IMG/VR virus record: IMGVR_UViG_3300038308_000004
Coordinates: 1-61,113 of that record
Source of the DNA: a virus
Lineage: Duplodnaviria > Caudoviricetes
Length of the DNA: 61,113 nucleotides
Strand: one strand, 5' to 3'
Shown: positions 1 to 9,700 of the stretch, piece after piece
How the letters are laid out: each line of letters begins with the position of its first letter
Position numbering within the stretch: the first letter of the stretch is position 1
Notes under the pieces: generated by a model
Databases searched by the model: none
The model's input: only the letters and a program-made list of their open reading frames with translations
What the model was told of the DNA's origin: nothing
Translations under genes and position numbers: made by a program

Positions 1-456
1 ATGCAAGTGCCCATCGGCACAGATCAGGCGGAGGCCAAAGGGGCGATTTCGGCGCTTTGCCACAAGCTGGAGATCGATCTGTTTCTTCCGATCGATCGGA
101 GCGATGATGACTCCCGGATAGACTGCTATGTCTTCCATACCGATCTATCCGCTGAATATTTGCAAGGGAGTTGGGCAATAGAATTTCCCGGAAGGGCGAT
201 CTCGGTCGTAAAGTTTATAGATGAGTTTGATGTATATGTAGAAAAAGCGGCAGAGATTTATCAGCACTCACTGGGCATGGAAAAGCAAGAGCTGCACGAT
301 CACGTTAGAAGGCATCTGCTACATTACTTATTCAATGCGCTTGGATACAGTTATCTTGATGAGGCCAGGTTTTTCCTGGATTGCTCTGAGAAGTATGTTG
401 CAGCCACCCGGAAGTGCCTGGAGAAGCTTCCTAGCCTTATTATGTTGCCAAGATAG
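1..456 (+). CDS. hypothetical protein (start at window edge, may be incomplete)
   Basis: 151-aa ORF, co-oriented with the downstream operon; no recognisable motif. Confidence 0.55.
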   Translation: MQVPIGTDQAEAKGAISALCHKLEIDLFLPIDRSDDDSRIDCYVFHTDLSAEYLQGSWAIEFPGRAISVVKFIDEFDVYVEKAAEIYQHSLGMEKQELHDHVRRHLLHYLFNALGYSYLDEARFFLDCSEKYVAATRKCLEKLPSLIMLPR

Positions 457-465
457 GGGAAAAGC

Positions 466-795
466 ATGTCAATTTGGTCTTGGGGAACTGTTTGCGAAGA
501 GCTAACCACAGTGCTTGAAAACATCAATAAATTATTGCAAAGACATGTGGATGGGGAGAAGATCAAATCAGAGGATTCGGCAACTATCCGTCCTGATCAT
601 AAATGCCCAGCTTGCGGGAAGATCATGGTACGACATGACAAACAACTGTATTCGCCAATGGAAGATAGCTGGTTCTGGTGGTGCAAATGCGGACATGAAG
701 AACAACCCTCCCATGAAACTCTATTAGAAGCAGGGGCAAGGCTGAAGAGGGAAACAGCGGATCTGTGGGAGAGAATCAATAAGGAGGAGCCATAA
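466..795 (+). CDS. Zn-ribbon hypothetical protein
   Basis: CPACG and WWCKCGH motifs; purine-rich RBS upstream; stop overlaps the next ATG. Confidence 0.65.
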   Translation: MSIWSWGTVCEELTTVLENINKLLQRHVDGEKIKSEDSATIRPDHKCPACGKIMVRHDKQLYSPMEDSWFWWCKCGHEEQPSHETLLEAGARLKRETADLWERINKEEP

Positions 796-1898
796 TGCAA
801 GAGCCTGAATGGATCGTAAACGACATGGGCGAGCTTGGAGTAAAGCTGGGCAATCGCTGCTTTTTCCTCTACAAGGGCGACAACATCGAATATGAGGATG
901 GCACGCATAGCGATGGCACACCGATCATGTACCGCATGGTAGGCAAGCGCGAGTTTGGCGAAACCTGCAAGCCGGATGCCTATTATCAGAAAGGCTACAG
1001 TAAGACCGGACGCTATACGGAGGAACTCATGTTTCATCCGGGGTTCGGCCCCACATCAGGAGATTGGACGTGGAAACCGTTGCCCTCGAAGGGGGACCAA
1101 GGCAAGGAAGCGTCTACGGTTATGAAAGCAGAAGACTCCGCAAGCTGTCTCAAAGATATGGAACGCTTGATCCTCCAATATTCCCAAGAAACCGCCTGGG
1201 ATACACCAGATTACATTCTGGCCCAATATTTTAGAGCGTGTCTACGTGCGTTCAAAGTGGCGGAAAGCATGTATGCGGAGAGGTGTAGGACAATCCCAGA
1301 CCAAGCACGTGAAAACGGGACATTGATAGAGAATCAAGTAATATCGTGGGGTAAGCCCGAGGCATATATAGATGGCGACACCAACGCCAATATTAAACAT
1401 TATATAGAAAAGCTTCGGGTAAAATGCGTCAACGATGAACAATTGCATAAAGCAAAGCAGGATTATAACTTTATTGGGGTATGTGCTTATCCTCCGGATG
1501 TAAAGCAATTTTATAATGAAATGGGTCATAATTGTGATGTACGTTATGTGCTCGACAAGAAAATAGATGTGCAGTTGTCGAAAGATGTCCAAGAATTTGC
1601 GAATAACATTAATGATAATCTGTCTTTAACCATTCATACAGAAATCAATAAGTTGCTATTATATATTCGCCAGAGAGGCTTTGCGCCATTCATAACTCCT
1701 ATAAGAATAATGCAAGAAGAAGGGATGTATGGTATGATCACAGTGGTACACTGCTTTGGTGGATACATCGGAAAGCGACTGGCGGAAGTGGTAGAGGTAA
1801 TCAAAGGCTTCGATGAATTAAATGAATACCAGAAAGTGGCAGTAAAGATAGATCCAGAATTTAAACCATCACAGCAGAAGGAGACCCCATGCCCGTAA
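795..1898 (+). CDS. mosaic hypothetical phage protein
   Basis: AGGAGG RBS; 367 aa; the 3' part is more AT-rich, suggesting fused modules. Confidence 0.65.
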   Translation: MQEPEWIVNDMGELGVKLGNRCFFLYKGDNIEYEDGTHSDGTPIMYRMVGKREFGETCKPDAYYQKGYSKTGRYTEELMFHPGFGPTSGDWTWKPLPSKGDQGKEASTVMKAEDSASCLKDMERLILQYSQETAWDTPDYILAQYFRACLRAFKVAESMYAERCRTIPDQARENGTLIENQVISWGKPEAYIDGDTNANIKHYIEKLRVKCVNDEQLHKAKQDYNFIGVCAYPPDVKQFYNEMGHNCDVRYVLDKKIDVQLSKDVQEFANNINDNLSLTIHTEINKLLLYIRQRGFAPFITPIRIMQEEGMYGMITVVHCFGGYIGKRLAEVVEVIKGFDELNEYQKVAVKIDPEFKPSQQKETPCP

Positions 1899-2407
1899 TC
1901 CTGGATCAAGACTCGGCCAATATTCTCGAAAGCAAGCCCTGGCGCCGCGGCGTGTACGGCGAGAATATGCAGCCCTTGACCGCTCCCAATATTACTGCCA
2001 GCTGGTGCAAGCATTGTGGGGACTGGATCGAAGATTCGGCCTATTCCCGCGAACATAGATGGTGGCACAGGGCGCGGCGCAGGTCCTGGAATTATGAGAA
2101 TCCCCGCAATAAGCGTCGTAATTCCGATGATATCCTGCCGGATCATGAAGAATGGTTGCAGGAGATGAGGGATTGGGCGTCTAGAGTAGGCCAATATCTG
2201 CAAGTATGCAGTATCAATGGTCCAATGCCGGGAAGGATACAGGCTTTTCATTCTCTCGAAGAGGCCCGATCTATTCTGGAGCCATTCGGCCTGGAAATGA
2301 TTTTTGACATAGATGCCGGATTCAGCAACGACGGGATACACTGGAGTGGTGCATGGTTAGTTCGCCCTGCCGTGGCGATAAAAGAGGAGAACATCGTATG
2401 CCCATAA
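1889..2407 (+). CDS. hypothetical protein (CxxC, Trp-rich)
   Basis: AAGGAG RBS, overlaps upstream gene end. Confidence 0.6.
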   Translation: MPVILDQDSANILESKPWRRGVYGENMQPLTAPNITASWCKHCGDWIEDSAYSREHRWWHRARRRSWNYENPRNKRRNSDDILPDHEEWLQEMRDWASRVGQYLQVCSINGPMPGRIQAFHSLEEARSILEPFGLEMIFDIDAGFSNDGIHWSGAWLVRPAVAIKEENIVCP

Positions 2408-3114
2408 TCCCAGCAATAACCGTGGCCCTGGCCACCTATCACCCCCTGCGGCAGTTCCCTGTCATCGAAGGCATCTCCCATTTCCAGGGCTGGATAGACA
2501 GTGTCAGCCGACTCCGCGTCGCCGACGAGATCCTGATCCTGGAGCGCATGGATCCGGGAGCCGATCCCGATCTCATGACCGGGCATCCGCTCCTCGAAGA
2601 CCCCCGATGCCGCATGATCTATGAGCCCAATGATCCTCCATGGATCGACTGCACCCGGCAGCCGATGCAGGGCATGGCCAAAAATGATTGGGTGCTGTTC
2701 CTGGATGATGACGAGCGGCTCTCTGAGGGCGCCCTGCGCTGGATCGACTCGCTGGCCCAGGAGGACCCCTGCCCCAACCGCGACTGGTCCGTGGTGCGCT
2801 TCGCCCGCGAGGACTATATCGCCCACCGGGGCCTTTGGCGCCATATCCCTGCCAATGCTGAAGATCCCCAGATCCGATTGGTGGACCGCCGCCGGGTCCA
2901 ATGGCCGGGGACGCCCCACAACTTGCCCCAGGTTCAGGGGCTGATCCTGGATGTGCGGGGCCAGGATACGCAGATCCTGCACTACCGACAATACGAGAAG
3001 ATCGTGGCACGCACGGCCCAGACCGACGCCCTGTTCGCGGAGTCTCCCAACCTGATCTGGATGCAGGATGCATACGTCGATCGAGTTCGGGCCATGCTGG
3101 GGATAAGGGAATAA
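2398..3114 (+). CDS. glycosyltransferase family 2 (GT-A fold)
   Basis: VADEILIL, NDWVLFLDDDERLS (DxD motif), DPQIRL, ILHY are typical of GT2 beta-glucosyltransferase-like proteins; ATG 2398 follows GAGGAG. Confidence 0.8.
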   Translation: MPIIPAITVALATYHPLRQFPVIEGISHFQGWIDSVSRLRVADEILILERMDPGADPDLMTGHPLLEDPRCRMIYEPNDPPWIDCTRQPMQGMAKNDWVLFLDDDERLSEGALRWIDSLAQEDPCPNRDWSVVRFAREDYIAHRGLWRHIPANAEDPQIRLVDRRRVQWPGTPHNLPQVQGLILDVRGQDTQILHYRQYEKIVARTAQTDALFAESPNLIWMQDAYVDRVRAMLGIRE

Positions 3115-3123
3115 GGAAATTCT

Positions 3124-3151
3124 TTGAAAAGAAACGTCGATATGGTAAAAT
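3124..3151 (+). promoter_or_regulatory. putative sigma70-type promoter for the tail operon
   Basis: TTGAAA-N16-TAAAAT with TG extension in an AT-rich intergenic gap. Confidence 0.45.
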
Positions 3152-3207
3152 CTATCCGAACGGAAACGATTTAGCCCCAACTTAGCCCCCGAGGAGGTTC
3201 CGGCCCG

Positions 3208-3693
3208 CTGGCCGACAACTGGTACAATCTTTTAGAGCAACAGCTGGTCTATACCACCCAGGCCAATTCCTGGCTGGGAACCTCTGGCACCAATATCGCC
3301 ACCATCGAAGCCCGTCTCAGGGACGGCCCCCGCAGCTTCCTGGACCACGAAATACCCGCCATCATGTTCAAGGTACTGGGCAAGCGCCAGCAGAGGATCA
3401 CCAACCAGGAATTTGACAAATTCTTCCGCTTCGCCGCCTTCATCCTGGACCGACGGGGAGACCTCGACTCCGCCCTCAACAATATCCAAACCATCGCCTC
3501 AGAACTCGAAGACGAACTTTCCCTGCATTATGGTGGAACCAATGATCTCAAAGGTATGGGGACCCATGCTAACGTCAGGGGCGGCCCCATCGTCGAATTG
3601 GGGGAAACGATCATCGATTACCGCGAGAGCGATGACTCCATCTTCACCGTGCTGGCCACGGTGGAAGGCGTGATCAACATCGTGACAACGTGA
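3208..3693 (+). CDS. putative tail completion/terminator-like protein, paralog 1 (CTG start)
   Basis: Frame of ORF 3364..3693 extends upstream to CTG 3208 behind GAGGAGG (3191-3197); the extension aligns with the N-terminus of 3700..4188; function inferred from position before the tail tube. Confidence 0.7.
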   Translation: MADNWYNLLEQQLVYTTQANSWLGTSGTNIATIEARLRDGPRSFLDHEIPAIMFKVLGKRQQRITNQEFDKFFRFAAFILDRRGDLDSALNNIQTIASELEDELSLHYGGTNDLKGMGTHANVRGGPIVELGETIIDYRESDDSIFTVLATVEGVINIVTT

Positions 3694-3699
3694 GGCTCT

Positions 3700-4188
3700 A
3701 TGCCCAGGGACTTTTACAACCTGACCGAGCAGCAATTGGTCTATGCCGTCCAGGCCGACAGTTGGATGGGAACCACAGGCACAAACGTTACCACCATCGA
3801 GGCCAAGTTCCGGCAGGGTCCACGATCGTTCTACGACCACGAGCTGCCAGCGGTTCTGCTCAAGGTCCTGGGCAAGCCCCGGCAGGCGGCATCGACATTC
3901 TATAGCGATGACCGCTTTTACCGCTTCGTGGCCTACGTGCTGCACCGTGGCGGGGACCTGGACGCCATCGTGGACAGCGTGCAGAACATTGTCTCCGCAT
4001 TGGAGGACCTGCTGGAATCGCAGACGGACTCCAGCAATGATCTCAAGGGGCTGGGGACCAATGCCAATCTCTGGGGGGGGCCATTCGTCGAGATGAGCGA
4101 GGCCGTCATCAAATACAGTGAGGACGCGGATGCCTCATTCACCGTGTTGGCCACGATGGAGGGTACCGTGGAGATTATTCCAGCATAA
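3700..4188 (+). CDS. putative tail completion/terminator-like protein, paralog 2
   Basis: 162 aa, full-length similarity to 3208..3693; function inferred from synteny. Confidence 0.7.
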   Translation: MPRDFYNLTEQQLVYAVQADSWMGTTGTNVTTIEAKFRQGPRSFYDHELPAVLLKVLGKPRQAASTFYSDDRFYRFVAYVLHRGGDLDAIVDSVQNIVSALEDLLESQTDSSNDLKGLGTNANLWGGPFVEMSEAVIKYSEDADASFTVLATMEGTVEIIPA

Positions 4189-4200
4189 GGGGATGGGGAG

Positions 4201-4749
4201 ATGATAAACATAATCCGAAAAGGCCGCTGGATACAATGGCTGATTCTCATGGCGAGCGTTTTGGGAATGACCTCCTGCACCAATAGAGCCGTAACCTATC
4301 ATGGCATGGTCATCGAGGACAATGCCGTCATTCATGCTGCTAGTACCCTGCATGATGCGGAAGTTATTTTCACGGGGATACTGGATTATTTGCAGAAAGC
4401 AGCCAGGGTTTCCCCAGATGACGGCCGCGCCGTTGGGGCATTCCGCTACTATACGATTATCATGGCCCCCAGGGGGCAGGCCGTGTTGGATTCGGGATCG
4501 GCTACTCTCAGGGGCTACGCCTATGGCCAACCCCTGGATAACAAGCGGATCTTGGATTGGGAGATGGTGGCGGCGGTTGCCGTCATGGAAGCGGGAAGGT
4601 ATGCCGAGCGGCAGGGATGGGCATCGCCTACCATGGAGCAAGAATGGGACAGCATTGATCTCAATGATCTCGGCAAATTCCATCGGCATGCCATGGCTGA
4701 AGCCCGCAGAATTATGGCTGACATGGAAATAAAAATCTCCATTCCCTAG
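4201..4749 (+). CDS. putative lipoprotein
   Basis: Basic N-terminus, hydrophobic stretch and lipobox-like MTSC. Confidence 0.55.
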   Translation: MINIIRKGRWIQWLILMASVLGMTSCTNRAVTYHGMVIEDNAVIHAASTLHDAEVIFTGILDYLQKAARVSPDDGRAVGAFRYYTIIMAPRGQAVLDSGSATLRGYAYGQPLDNKRILDWEMVAAVAVMEAGRYAERQGWASPTMEQEWDSIDLNDLGKFHRHAMAEARRIMADMEIKISIP

Positions 4750-4765
4750 AGGAGGTACCGAGTGA

Positions 4766-5863
4766 TTGCCTGGAAGGATGAAGGGGTTCAACAAATGGAT
4801 CGGCCTGAACACGGGCACCGGCTATGCCTTTGGTACCTACGGGACCGTCGATAGCCTATTTAATGTCACATCGGGCTTCTGGACGCGCACCGTCGAGCGA
4901 CAGGATGACCTCGACGAATACACGGGCTACGAGGAGGATACCAGCTCCGGAACGCAACGCATCCTGAGCTCCGCCGTCAACGGCCCCATGGCGGGGCGGG
5001 CCACGCCTCATGCCGTGGCCATCCTGGGCATCGGCGCACTGGGGACCTGGTCGTCAGGAACGGCGGGGACCCTGGGCACGTCAGCCACCGCCTATCGCCA
5101 CCGGATCCGGCCAATGAAGGGCACGGCGGGGACACAGGGTGCGGGCACGCTGCCAGCGCTCCACGTGACTGAATCGCTCTCGGGGGCCTCGGACCTCCAA
5201 TTCGATTACCAGTCTTGCATGGTCAATAGCTTCGGGTTGTCGGCCACGCGCAAGAGCTGGGTAGAATACACCGCCGAGCTAATCGGTAACGGCGTGTGGC
5301 GAGCCTCCACGGTGGCCAAGCCCTCTGCCGTCAGCGAGAGCTATTTAAAAGCCGGAGACTGTTCAATCTTCTTCGGCACGTCCTTAGCCGCCACTCCCGC
5401 CCAGAGCAAGACCGCGCCGGGGGACATCACCGGCACGGCCTACGGGGCCGCCATCGAGGTCACGTCCAGAGTCGTGAGCTTCAACTGGCAGGTCAACAAC
5501 AACCTGCCCACCGACCAGAACTACGGCTTCAATTCCGGCACCACGGCCGACCACAATGACCGCGGGCGCCGTACTCAAACCCTGTCGATGACGCTCGAAC
5601 TCCACAATTCGGGGCAATTGTCGCTACTGGAGAATCAGAAGACGCTGGCTCTGGAGTTCGAATGCTTCAACGAATTGATCGAGTCAAATGCTTACTACGG
5701 ATTTAACTTGGGCTTCCCTAGGCTGATCGTTGAGAGCTTCGCCGTCAATAGCGCGACCGGGGATATGGTGACGGTGGACTACACCTTCAAAGTGGGGGAG
5801 GACACCACCAAAGGCAGTGTCCTCCTGGACGTCTACAATACCCGGTCCGCGTATCTCGGCTAA
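4766..5863 (+). CDS. major tail tube protein
   Basis: 365 aa, beta-rich, upstream of chaperone and tape measure; TTG start with GAGGAGG. Confidence 0.75.
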   Translation: MPGRMKGFNKWIGLNTGTGYAFGTYGTVDSLFNVTSGFWTRTVERQDDLDEYTGYEEDTSSGTQRILSSAVNGPMAGRATPHAVAILGIGALGTWSSGTAGTLGTSATAYRHRIRPMKGTAGTQGAGTLPALHVTESLSGASDLQFDYQSCMVNSFGLSATRKSWVEYTAELIGNGVWRASTVAKPSAVSESYLKAGDCSIFFGTSLAATPAQSKTAPGDITGTAYGAAIEVTSRVVSFNWQVNNNLPTDQNYGFNSGTTADHNDRGRRTQTLSMTLELHNSGQLSLLENQKTLALEFECFNELIESNAYYGFNLGFPRLIVESFAVNSATGDMVTVDYTFKVGEDTTKGSVLLDVYNTRSAYLG

Positions 5864-5869
5864 ACCTTG

Positions 5870-5939
5870 GCAGGCGGCATGGCTTTCGGGGGGGACTTGG
5901 AACCTCCGACTCCCGGGGCCTTCAGATCTCGCCGCCTGC
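5870..5939 (+). other. intergenic stem-loop after the tail tube gene
   Basis: GCAGGCGGC (5870) pairs with GCCGCCTGC (5931-5939); no U-tract. Confidence 0.45.
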
Positions 5940-5970
5940 CGCTTCAATCGCAGTCACGGCGGCTATCAAG

Positions 5971-6456
5971 ATGCTGCCCCTAACAGAAGGAGGATTTGTG
6001 GGGAGAAGAGCAGGAGCGAGTGAGCACATAATGATCTTCAACGATCATGTCTCCGGCGAGGAAGTCGGCCTCAAGTATCGGCTGCCGACAGACATCGAGC
6101 GCATCGAGTATCAGGACCAAAGTTTCCAATTTAAGAATGGCAAGCTCAAGACCCGTGCCTATCAGACGAGGATAGACAAGGGTATGGCGATCCTAACCGG
6201 GATCGTGGACGGGGCTTTTGAGGTTCAGCGCAGTGGCCAGTGGGTCCCGATCTCCTCGGATCCCAACGCTCAGGCCCCCTATATCTATGAGCCGAGATGG
6301 CGAGAGGTTGTGCGGGAGGACGGCGCAGACCTGGTGGCCAATTTGGCCATGACGATCTTTGAGCCCAGCACCGGAATTCCGCAGGAGACCGAGGACGGGG
6401 CTAAGCCAAAAAACTCCCACAGCTCGCAGCCCGGTATTTTGACCCTGAGCGAGTAG
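5971..6456 (+). CDS. tail assembly chaperone (gpG-like; true start may be further downstream)
   Basis: Between tail tube and tape measure; slippery AAAAAAC near the 3' end. Confidence 0.75.
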   Translation: MLPLTEGGFVGRRAGASEHIMIFNDHVSGEEVGLKYRLPTDIERIEYQDQSFQFKNGKLKTRAYQTRIDKGMAILTGIVDGAFEVQRSGQWVPISSDPNAQAPYIYEPRWREVVREDGADLVANLAMTIFEPSTGIPQETEDGAKPKNSHSSQPGILTLSE

Positions 6457-6722
6457 GCTGCAGCGAATGTCATGTCGATGAAGACTGCGTCAACCCGGCC
6501 GCCATCTGCGCAGAATGCGAGGAGGGAGACGACCCCGGGTTTCTGTATCTGCAGCATCTACTGTACCTGCACCGGCTGCGGCTGGGGGGTATGAAGCTCG
6601 AAGACTGCGCCCTGAGCCTGGAGACCCGCATGGACCTGGGATGGCTCGTCGAGTACCTGGAAGCGCGGAGGCTGCAGAACCTGGCCATGGCGCTCTGGGG
6701 GGGAGGGCGAGAGCAGAGTTAA
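6408..6722 (+). CDS. -1 frameshift extension of the tail assembly chaperone (gpGT-like)
   Basis: A AAA AAC heptamer at 6408-6414; -1 frame open to TAA 6720-6722 (KLPQLAARYFDPERVGCSEC...GGREQS). Confidence 0.8.
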   Translation, partial: KKLPQLAARYFDPERVGCSECHVDEDCVNPAAICAECEEGDDPGFLYLQHLLYLHRLRLGGMKLEDCALSLETRMDLGWLVEYLEARRLQNLAMALWGGGREQS

Positions 6723-6788
6723 AGCCTTCCCTAATTCACTTTTCACTCACCATTCAATCCGACTGTGATGAGGCTGGTACCCGTATAA

Positions 6789-9700
6789 TTGACCACGGGA
6801 AACACTAACAAGATTGTACTCACGGCTTCCTTGGAAGATCGGGGTATGGGGGCCGGCCTCAAGCAACTCGAAACCGCCATAGATCTTCTTCAGAAGCAGT
6901 ACGCCGCCCTGCAAGGCATCCTACAGGCGGTCTCCCGCGCCCATACCCAGGAAAAGACGGCTGTCGACCAACAACGGGTGGCCACGGAGGCCGCCAAAAA
7001 GGCCGCAGAGGAGGAGACCGTTGCCCTCAAGGCCAAGATCGCCGCACTCAAGGGCAACATCGACGAGGAGACCCGATACACCGCCGAGATCAAGAAACGC
7101 GAGCAGGCCGAACTGGCTGCGAAGATCGGGGACGAGGATCTTGCCGGGAAGGTCATGCAGCTGCGCGGGGAGCAAGAGAAGCTCACCCAGGCGCATTCCA
7201 GGCAGAGTGGTGCGCTCTCCAGCCTGGGCATGGGCCTCAATGCCGCGGGGATCGCTTATGTTGGCATAGGGGCATCGATCCTCGCCGCCGCCAAGGCCAG
7301 CATCGAAATTGAAGACGCCATGGTCAAGGTTCAGAAGACCTCGGGTCTGACCGATACAGAGATCTCTGCCCTAACCGAGACCTTCCGCAATATGTCGCTG
7401 CGGATCCCAGAATCCACCGTGGCCCTGGCCAGAATCGGAGAGATCGCTGGCCAACTCGGGATCACGGGTAAGGACAACATCGCCAAATTCACCGAGACCA
7501 TCGCCAAGCTGACCACCGTAACCGACTTGACCGTGGATGAAGCGGCCACGGGCATGGCGCGACTCTCCAACATCTACAAGATTCCCATCGCGGACATCGA
7601 GCGGCTGGGATCGACCCTAAACGAGCTCGAAAACCAGACCACGGCCACGGCTCGGTACCTGCTGGACTTCATGGAGCGTGTGGGCGGCAAGGCCACCCTG
7701 CTCGGGGTCACTGCCACCCAAGCCGCTGGCCTTGGAGCAGTGCTCAACGAACTGGGCACGGAGTCGGAGGTCGCGGGCACGGCCATGTCCCAGGTCTTCG
7801 GGTTCATGCTGGAGAAGGTCGAGATCTTCGCCCGCCAAACCGGCCTGACCATTGAGGAGTGGCGGCAGATGGTCGAAACGCGCCCGATCGAGGCCCTGAA
7901 CCTTTGGCTGTCCAAATTGGGGGAGCTGGACAAGTTCGAGCGCATCCAGGCCCTGGAGACCATGAAGCTGGACGGCGAGCGCGCAGCGGGCGTAGTGCTC
8001 AAGCTCAGCGAAAACACCGGCATGCTCGCCGACAGGATCGCCATCGCAGACCGGGCCTATCAGGAGAATGTGAGCCTGCAGCAGGAATTCGAGACTCGCA
8101 TCAAGAGCACCAACCAGCAATTGCAACTGCTCTGGAATCAGGTCACCGACCTCGGGGTGTCGCTGGGAAACTTCCTCCTTCCCAGCATCAACGCTGTCGT
8201 GTCCGCCTTGAGATTGATGATCGACGGGCTGCGGGGGGTCGGATCCTGGATCGCGCAGACCAGCCAGTCAATTGCTGATTATGGAGGGATGTGGGAATGG
8301 ATCAAGAGCAAAATCGCAGGGGTCACCCTTGCCTATGGTGAGCAGGCCCAGGAACTGCAGGAGCACCGTCGCATCAAGGCCGACATAGCGGAATACGAGA
8401 AAAAGCATGCCGGGGTCATACACAGCACGGCTGTCGCAATTCGGGATGCCACCTTCCAGATACGGGAACAGAGCGATTCCCTGGTATTCTTGGGCCAGAA
8501 GATCAAGAGCTCCAGTAGCGGCCAAAACCAGCAGACGGAAGCCCAAAACAAGGCCACCGAAGCCGCAAAACTCCGCGTGGCTCAGCTTAAGCTCCAGATC
8601 GCCGAGGAGAAGGGGAATGCCCAGGCTATCGCCCGGGCCCGCGCCGAGGTCGAAAGGCTCACAGCGGCCCACCTCAGAGAGACCACGGGCTCCAAGGATC
8701 TGGCGGCTCAGCAGACTCGGCTGACCTCGCAACTCGACGCGCTCAAGGAGAGTAAGAAGCGGGCGCGCCAGGAAACCGAAGCCGCCAACACCGTGGCTAG
8801 GTTAGAGATAGAGATTCGCCAGGGGTTCGGGGATCTCTACAAATCCGAGGGCGATAAAATTGAGGCCCTTTATATCCGCAAGAAGCAGCAGATCGACGAA
8901 TTTGCGAGTAAGGACAAGGCCACTACCAAGCAGATACTGGGGCTACGGCAGGACCTGGAGACAGCCTACCGCGAGGCCTCCGAGGCTGCCACTGCCGCTT
9001 ATCTCCAGGCCATTAATGATGCGCTAGAGTCGGCCAATACCAAATACTTAGCCCTGGAGTCCGAGAAGCTTGTACAGATCTTGCTTAATACTGACCTTGA
9101 ATCCAAGGCCAAGCTAAAGCAGATCACGGATCTTACGACGGCAACACAGAAGGCCGCCGATGACATCATCGCGATCTTTGGCAAGGCCAAGGAGAAGCGG
9201 ATCGACATCGGCGACGAGGAACTCCTGGCCCTCATCGAACAACTGAATCAGCATAAATCCAATGTAGCCCTCAATTCCGAAGCTATCCTAGAAGCATTGA
9301 GATCGGCAGGAACCGAGGACATCCGAATCAATCAGAAGACCATAGCGGCCATCGCGGCCGATACCGATCTCTCGGTACAGGCCCGCATTGCCAAGATCGG
9401 AGAATACATGGCGGCTGTCACGGCCAATGCCGAGGCCGTCAAAAAGATCGAGGATGACTTGGCGACGCACAACGTCAATTTGGCCACGGACGAATGGAGC
9501 AAGAAGGTACAGGCCGAATACGACTATTATGACAAACATGCCCTGATCATCCAAGACCTCAAGGTCTCCGAAGAAACAAAGGCCCGGCTCTTCGAGGACC
9601 TGGCCCGCACGACCAACGCCAACATCCTCAAAATCGATGAGGACTATGCCGTGAGCCACGGCGGCGTGCTGGATAAGCTCGGGGCCGCCTGGACCAAGCT

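Noticed and set aside
3208-4188. Diversity-generating retroelement template/variable pair
   Set aside because: Differences are not adenine-specific, both copies are full genes, and no reverse transcriptase is present
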